From Alphaproteobacteria bacterium (lineage in GTDB: Bacteria; Pseudomonadota; Alphaproteobacteria; MPNO01; UBA830), in NCBI GenBank assembly GCA_965243135.1, contig OZ251539.1, positions 128,001 to 192,000 on the forward strand: a stretch of 64,000 nt of DNA, given 5' to 3'. A model generated the notes under the pieces. It was not told the DNA's origin. It did no database searches and saw only the letters and a list, made by a program, of their open reading frames with translations. This document shows positions 58,201 through 64,000 of the stretch, one piece after another; the first letter of the stretch is position 1, and each line of letters opens with the position of its first letter. A program made the position numbers and the translations under genes.

Positions 58201-61200
58201 CGAGCCTGACCCTGACCCTGGCCGACGACGAGGCGACGCCCACGGTTCGGCTGGCGCTCTCGCCGGCGTCCGTCGCGGAGGCGGGCGGAGCGGCGTCGGT
58301 GACCGCGACGCTCTCCGGCGAGTCGAGCGAAGCGGTGACGGTCACGGTGTCCGCCGCGCCGGGGGCGGGGACGGATTTCACGTTGACGGGCACGGAACTG
58401 ACCATCGCGGCGGGTTCGACCGCGAGCGCGGGCGCAGTGACGGTGACCGCGAGCCCGGACACGGCGGATTCGGCGGACAAGCGGGTGACGATCTCCGGGC
58501 GGGCGGCGGGCGGCAACGGCGCGGCGAACCCGGCGGACGCGACGCTGACCATCGTGGACGACGACGCGCTGCCGACGCTGTCGCTCGCGCTTTCGGCCGC
58601 GACCATCGACGAAAGCGGGGCCGGCAACGTCGCGACGGTGACCGCGACCCTTTCCCACCCCTCGGGCGAATCGGTGGAGGTCGCGGTCTCGCTCGTGCCG
58701 ACGCCGCCGGCGGCGGCGGGCGATTTCAGCTGGAGCGCGAACAGGACGCTGACCATCGCGGCGGGGGCGACGGCGAGCGCGGGGGTGGTGGAGATTACGG
58801 CGGTCGACGACGGGGCGGACGCGCCTGACAAGACGGCGACGGTCTCCGGCGCGGCCACGGGCGGGCGCGGGGTGGCGGATCCGGGGAGCCTCGCGCTCAC
58901 CGTCGCCGACGACGACGACGCGCCGGAGGTGACGCTTTCGGCGTCGCCGGCGTCGATTTCCGAGAACGGCGGCAAGGCCACGGTGACCGCGACGTTGAGC
59001 CTGACCTCGAGCGCGGCGACGACGATCACGGTGACGGCGGCTTCCGGAGCCTACACGGTGGGTTCGGACGCCGCCATCGTCATCGCCGCGGGGCAGACGG
59101 CGAACGCGGCGGACACGGTGGAGGTCACGGCGGTGGATAACGACGTCTACGAAGGCGGCGGCGGGCGCGCGACGACGGTGACGGCCGGCATGGCCAACGA
59201 CCAGGGCACGAGCGCGGTGACCGGGGCGGCGCTGACGCTGACCGACGACGAGGCGCAGCCGACGCTGACCCTGGTCCTGTCGCCGGCGTCGGTTTCGGAG
59301 ACGGGCGGAGTGTCGACGGTGACGGCGCGGCTGTCGGGGGCGTCGAGCGCGCCGGCCACGGTGACGGTGACGGCGACCGCGGGGACGAACGCGGTTTCGG
59401 ACGACTTCGCGCAGACGGGAACGAAGCTGACCATCGCGGCGGGAGCCACGACGAGCTCGGGCGCGGTGACGGTGACGGGGCGGGGCGACGACACGGATTC
59501 GCCGGACAAGTCGGTGACGGTCGCGGGCGTGGTCGCGAGCGGCAACGGATTGACGGGTCTGGCGGACACGACGCTGACGCTGGAGGACGACGACGCGACG
59601 CCGACGGTGACGCTCCGGTTGTCGCGGGCGTCGCTCGCCGAGGACGGGGCGGACAGCGCGGCGGTGACCGCGACGCTCTCGCACCCGTCGAGCGAAGCGG
59701 CGACCGTCACGGTGTCGGCGAACCCGGTGGCCCCGGCGGTCGCGGGCGATTTCGACCTGAGCGCGACCAGGACCCTGACCATTGCGGCGGGGCAGACCGC
59801 GAGCGTCGGCGCGGTGACGATCGCGGCCGACGACAACGACGTGGACGCGCCGGACGGGAGGGTGCGGGTCTCGGGCGTGACCACGGGCGGGCGCGGCGCG
59901 GCGGACCCGGCGGCCGCGACCCTCACGATCGTCGACGACGAGGCGACGCCGACGGCGACGCTGGCGCTGTCTTCGACGTCGATCTCGGAAGGCGGCGGGG
60001 TGGCGACGGTGACGGCGACGCTGTCGGGCAAGTCCGGCGCGGCGGTGACGGTGACCGTGGCGGCGGAGCCGGGGACGGGCGCGGCGGCGGCGGACTACGC
60101 GCTGAGCGCGAACGATGCGCTGACCATTGCGGCGGGCGCGACCGCGAGCGCGGGCGCGGTGACGATTACGGCGGTGAACAACGACGTGGCGGCGGCGGAC
60201 AAGACCGTGACGGTGACGGGCGCGGCGGCGGGGGGCCATGGGGTGGCGAACCCGGCGAGCGCGACGCTGACGATTGCCGACAACGAGAGCGGAACGCCGA
60301 CGGGGGACGACAGGCGTTGGAGAGCGGGAACCGGTTATGACGTCGCCACGGCGTCGCTGCTCGGCAAGACCGCCCCGCAAACGATCGACGTGACCCCGTC
60401 GGCTACGGCTGTCGCGTCGCAGCGGCAGGTCTGGGCGTGCGCTTACAGGACGGTCAGGCGAAGCGACGGAAATTTCGCCCCCGCGCCGACCGAGAGCGCC
60501 GTTTGCCGCCTCGCCGCCGGCGCCGGCTGGTCCAGGACGATCCGTCTTACGCAGGCGATGATCGACAATGACGGCGTGGTCGTCATCGTCACGCATACGG
60601 TCCGCGGCGGGACCGACGGCAGACAGACCTATTTCGACTATGCGGAGTGGATCCCCATCGCCGCGCTGCCCAAGGCGACCCTTTCCCTGTCTCCGGCGGC
60701 GATCTGGGAGAACGCCGGGGTTTCCACGGTGACGGCGACGCTGGACAAGGCGGCGGTGTCGGCGGCGACCCTCACGGTGTCGGTGACGCCGGCGCCCCCG
60801 GCCCTGGCGGGCGACGCCGCCCTGTCGGCGCCGGCCGCGCTGACCTTCGCGGCGGGGGCGACGGCCAGCGCCGGCACGGTGACGATCACGGGGGCGGACA
60901 ACGCGGTCGATGCGCCGGACAAGCGGGTGACGGTTCGGGCGGCGGCGAGCGGCGACGCGCGGGCGCCGCCCGCCGCGACGCTGACGCTGCGCGACGACGA
61001 CGATCCGCCGACGCCCGCGCTGGCGGCGTCGCCGGCCTCGATTTCGGAGTCGGGCGGGGTGTCGACGGTGACCGCGGTCCTCAGCCATCCGTCGAGCGCG
61101 GCGACCACCGTCACGGTCTCGGCCGCGGCGGGGGCGCACGCGGCCGCGGCGGACTTCGCGCAGACGGGGGCGACGCTGACGATCCCGGCGGGGCGGACGG

Positions 61201-64000
61201 AGAGCGCGGGCGCGGTGACGATCGCGGCCGTGGGCAACGCGGCGGACTCGCCGGACAAGCGGGTGGCGATCTCCGGCGCGGCGCGGAACAGCCAGGGCGT
61301 ATCCGCGGTGACCGAGGCGACGCTCGCCATTACCGACGACGACACGACGCCCACCGCGGCGCTGGCGGTCACGCCGGCTTCCATCGCGGAGACGGGCGGC
61401 GTGGCGACGGTGACCGCGACGCTCTCGCACCGGTCGAGCGAGCCGGTGACGATCGCGGTGTCGGCGTCGCCGGGTTCGGGGACGGACTTCGCGCTGAGCG
61501 CGGCGAGGGCGCTGACCATCGCGGCGGGGGCGACGGCCAGTTCGGGCGTGGTGACGGTGACGGCCAGAGACGACGACGCGGACTCGCCGGACAAGCGGGT
61601 GGCGATCTCCGGCGCGGCGTCGGGCGGGCTGGGGGTGGCGGATCCGGCCGGCGCGACGCTGGCGATCCGCGACGACGACGGGGCGCCGCGGGCGTCGCTG
61701 GTGCTGTCGTCGTCGTCGATCTCGGAGAACGGCGGGACGGCGACGCTGACGGTGGCCCTGAGCTCGGCGGCGGCGGCCGACGTGCGGGTCCTGATATCGA
61801 TCACGCCGAGCGCCAACGTGGCGGGTTACCGCGCCGTGGGGGTGAGGGGCGCCGTGGGCACCGGGCTGAACGTCGCGGCGGGGCAGACGGCCAGCACGGA
61901 GGCGGTGGTGTTCACGGGGCTGGACAACGACGTGGATGCGCCGAACAGGGAGTTGCGCATCGGGGGCCGGGTGCCGTTCGGGTCGGGCGTGACGGTGCAT
62001 AGCGCGAAGGATGCGTTCCTGGTCCTGGTGGACGACGAGCCGACGCCGGCGGTGACGCTGGCGCTGTCGGCGTCGTCGATCTCGGAGACGGGCGGGGAGG
62101 CGACGGTCACCGCGACGCTCTCCGGGGAATCGAGCGAGGCGGCGACGGTGACGGTCTCCGCGGTTCCGGGGGCCGGGGCGGCGGCGCGGGACTTCACGCT
62201 GTCGGCGGCGCGAACGCTGACCATCGCGGCGGGGGACACGACGAGCGCCGGCCTGGTGACGGTGACCGCGGTGGGCAACGCGGCGGTGACGCCGGACAAG
62301 CGAGTGCGGATTCGGGGCGCGGTCGCGGGCGGCAACGGGGCGGCGAAGCCGAACCCGGCGACGCTGATCCTGGAGGACGACGACGCCCGCCCGACCGCCT
62401 CGCTGGTGCTGTCCGCGTCGTCGATCTCGGAGTCGGGCGGGGAGGCGACGGTGACCGCGGCGCTCTCCTATCCGGCCCCGGGGGCGGTGACGGTGACGGT
62501 CTCGGCGGTTCCGGGGGCCGGGGCGGCGGCGCGGGACTTCACGCTGTCGGCGGCGCGGACGCTGACCGTCGCGGCGGGGAACACGACGAGCGCCGGCCTG
62601 GTGACGGTGACCGCGGCGGACAACAACGACGACGCGGCGGACAAGAAGGTGACGGTCTCCGGCGCGGCCGCGGGCGGCGGGGTGGCGGATCCGGCGGACG
62701 CGGCGCTGACCCTCCTCGACGACGACGGCCCGCCGACGCTCGCGCTGGTGCTGTCGCCGGCGTCGATCCCGGAGGCCGGCGGGGTGTCGACGGTGACCGC
62801 GGCGCTCTCCGGCGCCGCGAGCGCGGCGGTGACGGTGACGGTCTCGGCGGTTCCGGGGGCCGGGGCGGCGGCGGCAGATTTCACCCTGTCGGCGGCGCGG
62901 ACGCTGACCGTCGCGGCGGGTTCGACGGCCAGCGCGGGCGCGGTGACGGTGACCGCGAACGACAACGCCGCGGATTCGCCGGGCGGGACGGTGACGGTGT
63001 CGGGCGCGGCGTCGGGCGGCGGGGTGGCGGACCCGGCGGACGCGGCGCTGGCGCTCCTCGACGACGACGACCCGCCGGGCGTCACGTTGTCGGCGTCGCC
63101 GGCGTCGATTTCGGAGGCCGGCGGGGCGGCGACGGTGAGCGCGACGCTCTCGCACCCGTCGAGCGCGGTGACCACGGTGACGGTGGCGTCGCTGTCGGGC
63201 GCCTACGCGGTGGATCCGTCCACGGCGCAGATCGTCATCCAGGCCGGGCGGACGGAGAACCCCGCGGACACCGCGGCGCTCACCGCGGTGGACGACGCCA
63301 TCGACGAGCCGGACCGGCAGGTGACGGTGTCGGGCGCGATGGCGAACGCCCAGGGCGCCGGGGGCGTGACCGGGGCGGTGCTGGAGATCGCCGACGACGA
63401 GGAGGCGCCGACGGTGACGCTGGCGCTGGCGCCGGCGTCGGTGGCGGAGAACGGCGGGGTGTCGACGGTGAGCGCGACGCTCTCGCACCCGTCGAGCGAG
63501 GCGGTGACGGTGACGGTGACGCCGGCGGCCGGGGCCTACGCGCAGGGCGCGGACGCGGTCATCGTCATCGCGGCCGGTTCGACCGCGACCACGGACAAGG
63601 CCACGGTCGAGGCGGTGGACAACTCGGATTACGAGGGCGCGGCGGGGCGGCGCGCGACGGTGACCGGCGCGGCGTCGAGCGGTCTGGGCGCGAACCCCGT
63701 GACCGGGGCGGCGCTGACGCTGACGGACGACGACGACCCGCCGGCGGTGACGCTGTCGGTGAACCCGGCGTCGGTTTCGGAGGCCGGCGGGGTGGCGACG
63801 GTGTCGGCGACCCTCGCCCATGCCTCGGTCGAAGCGGTGACGGTGACGGTGACGTCGGCGGCGGGGGCCTACGCGGCGGGTTCGGACGCGGAGATCGTGA
63901 TCGCGGCCGGACAGACCGTCGGCGGCGACGACACGGCGACGGTGAGGGCGGTGGACAACGACGCCCATGAGGGCGTCGCGGGCCGTTCCGTCACGGTGAC
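55239..64000 (+). CDS. Second giant secreted surface protein (>2900 aa, 3' end outside the window): signal peptide, two Ig-like 'DxDGIS' modules, two putative-Ig (He_PIG-like) domains, Calx-beta, then ~115 aa repeats
   Basis: Manual translation from GTG 55239: MKATAGSSRLAAALAGIALASGFAVALVAGGPEAGA|H; LYFDYVVRKGDRDSDGIS; LPTGLALNASTATIAG; LPDGLAFAAATRTISGTPT; ISSPSATEG...TVDY...GTASSGADY...LTFAAAETSKTVTVTVTGDALDE. Same frame at the right edge (VDNDAHEG). The minus ORF 56439..63968 is its shadow. Confidence 0.9.
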   Translation, partial: MKATAGSSRLAAALAGIALASGFAVALVAGGPEAGAHVGNSHPLLPHTNSFSIYFRGHQLDNPYIVSRPESGDTYWPGETVTVLVPWGWANTRSISINSVDTVQLTISVGSTTRTLTGKWEDRERRYGLGNTSFRRLYFDYVVRKGDRDSDGISLAENALHSPGRAESGIRGTAGGSFRQFELEKLLHGFGAQSGHKVDTPAPTFSGVSGPTVTLYTGGSVNYRLPKIANADEAHNVGYSVTPALPTGLALNASTATIAGSRSSASSRGNYTLRATDGFGRTADLAFTLAVSNDVGIESISIASNPGTDKTYGKNGDFGTNDRIDVTVDFTHRLGTVLTDRLYLDIRVGANARRASNPTWRNENGRWDKLYFSYAVQEGDWDGDGISFPQNPMGGGKTGGLRFHTAGRGGGDNRVNRDFGAVPDDPGHKVRGRQTAPTFGSTASPSWIWVADNAVSQQLPTATQGDGGVTYGVKESLPDGLAFAAATRTISGTPTAAQAAANYTLVATDGDGDKAELRFSIEIQELLLSISSPSATEGAAGETATLEYDVTLNRAPGRQVTVDYAAATNPGTASSGADYAAFSGDTLTFAAAETSKTVTVTVTGDALDEPAETVRVALSNPSGATLGSAAVGTGTIADDDPTPTLALALSDPDPGRPDTIAESGAGNATAVTASLAGGISGEAITVTVAAVAVYAALAADGGFALSAGRTLTIAAGATASAGAVTVTAVDDAIDSTDKSATVSGTLAGGHGLVAAPSSLTLTIADDDSRPTSALALGPASISETGGVATVTATLSNPSAAAVTLTVAAAPGTGAAVGDYALSAANALTIAAGATASSGQVTVTAVGNPTDSADKGVTISATAAGSPGAADPPNATLTIRDDDGTPTVSLVLSSSSVPENGGTATVTAALNGTSSEAVTVTVAATAASSSGAVDGDFTLTGTTLTIAANATASVGAVTIAANDNAVDSADKSVTVSGTASGGNGIADPASLTLTLADDEATPTVRLALSPASVAEAGGAASVTATLSGESSEAVTVTVSAAPGAGTDFTLTGTELTIAAGSTASAGAVTVTASPDTADSADKRVTISGRAAGGNGAANPADATLTIVDDDALPTLSLALSAATIDESGAGNVATVTATLSHPSGESVEVAVSLVPTPPAAAGDFSWSANRTLTIAAGATASAGVVEITAVDDGADAPDKTATVSGAATGGRGVADPGSLALTVADDDDAPEVTLSASPASISENGGKATVTATLSLTSSAATTITVTAASGAYTVGSDAAIVIAAGQTANAADTVEVTAVDNDVYEGGGGRATTVTAGMANDQGTSAVTGAALTLTDDEAQPTLTLVLSPASVSETGGVSTVTARLSGASSAPATVTVTATAGTNAVSDDFAQTGTKLTIAAGATTSSGAVTVTGRGDDTDSPDKSVTVAGVVASGNGLTGLADTTLTLEDDDATPTVTLRLSRASLAEDGADSAAVTATLSHPSSEAATVTVSANPVAPAVAGDFDLSATRTLTIAAGQTASVGAVTIAADDNDVDAPDGRVRVSGVTTGGRGAADPAAATLTIVDDEATPTATLALSSTSISEGGGVATVTATLSGKSGAAVTVTVAAEPGTGAAAADYALSANDALTIAAGATASAGAVTITAVNNDVAAADKTVTVTGAAAGGHGVANPASATLTIADNESGTPTGDDRRWRAGTGYDVATASLLGKTAPQTIDVTPSATAVASQRQVWACAYRTVRRSDGNFAPAPTESAVCRLAAGAGWSRTIRLTQAMIDNDGVVVIVTHTVRGGTDGRQTYFDYAEWIPIAALPKATLSLSPAAIWENAGVSTVTATLDKAAVSAATLTVSVTPAPPALAGDAALSAPAALTFAAGATASAGTVTITGADNAVDAPDKRVTVRAAASGDARAPPAATLTLRDDDDPPTPALAASPASISESGGVSTVTAVLSHPSSAATTVTVSAAAGAHAAAADFAQTGATLTIPAGRTESAGAVTIAAVGNAADSPDKRVAISGAARNSQGVSAVTEATLAITDDDTTPTAALAVTPASIAETGGVATVTATLSHRSSEPVTIAVSASPGSGTDFALSAARALTIAAGATASSGVVTVTARDDDADSPDKRVAISGAASGGLGVADPAGATLAIRDDDGAPRASLVLSSSSISENGGTATLTVALSSAAAADVRVLISITPSANVAGYRAVGVRGAVGTGLNVAAGQTASTEAVVFTGLDNDVDAPNRELRIGGRVPFGSGVTVHSAKDAFLVLVDDEPTPAVTLALSASSISETGGEATVTATLSGESSEAATVTVSAVPGAGAAARDFTLSAARTLTIAAGDTTSAGLVTVTAVGNAAVTPDKRVRIRGAVAGGNGAAKPNPATLILEDDDARPTASLVLSASSISESGGEATVTAALSYPAPGAVTVTVSAVPGAGAAARDFTLSAARTLTVAAGNTTSAGLVTVTAADNNDDAADKKVTVSGAAAGGGVADPADAALTLLDDDGPPTLALVLSPASIPEAGGVSTVTAALSGAASAAVTVTVSAVPGAGAAAADFTLSAARTLTVAAGSTASAGAVTVTANDNAADSPGGTVTVSGAASGGGVADPADAALALLDDDDPPGVTLSASPASISEAGGAATVSATLSHPSSAVTTVTVASLSGAYAVDPSTAQIVIQAGRTENPADTAALTAVDDAIDEPDRQVTVSGAMANAQGAGGVTGAVLEIADDEEAPTVTLALAPASVAENGGVSTVSATLSHPSSEAVTVTVTPAAGAYAQGADAVIVIAAGSTATTDKATVEAVDNSDYEGAAGRRATVTGAASSGLGANPVTGAALTLTDDDDPPAVTLSVNPASVSEAGGVATVSATLAHASVEAVTVTVTSAAGAYAAGSDAEIVIAAGQTVGGDDTATVRAVDNDAHEGVAGRSVTV

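Noticed and set aside
56439-63968. 2509-aa minus-strand ORF, and 55496..58828 (+)
   Set aside because: Shadows of the plus-strand giant gene starting at 55239.

Overview
High-GC bacterial window, most consistent with an alphaproteobacterium (gor / class II DAHP synthase / nadE / cimA / trmJ cluster, glmU-glmS). A Rhodospirillales-like, possibly host-associated lineage is inference only. Both ends are occupied by giant secreted Calx-beta/Ig-like repeat proteins that run off the window and are missing from the ORF track (minus strand from 12484 to <1; plus strand from 55239 to >64000). About 12.6-33.7 kb is a decaying accessory/defence island. It contains a hidden, frameshifted NHLP-type double-glycine peptide precursor beside a lone phage-tail-K-like JAB+NlpC/P60 peptidase, relaxase/integrase/helicase/methyltransferase remnants, a HEPN gene pair, two decayed VapBC loci and a 5mC methyltransferase-DUF4928-like-Vsr cassette. 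It ends with an intact three-gene NERD-kinase-P-loop / unknown / HerA-type ATPase operon resembling MADS Mad6-7-8 (DptFGH-related) but lacking the usual m6A/HsdS genes in this window. To the right lie glmU-glmS, a tandemly duplicated Rpn gene (copy 2 decayed except for its C-terminal antitoxin-like part), six housekeeping genes, a 360-bp MITE with an 8-bp target duplication and a frameshifted type ISP-like restriction-modification gene carrying a G17 tract. A C20 tract sits just before the second giant gene. No rRNA, tRNA or CRISPR array was recognised. All family assignments are from motifs read by eye, not database searches, and some frameshifts could be assembly errors.
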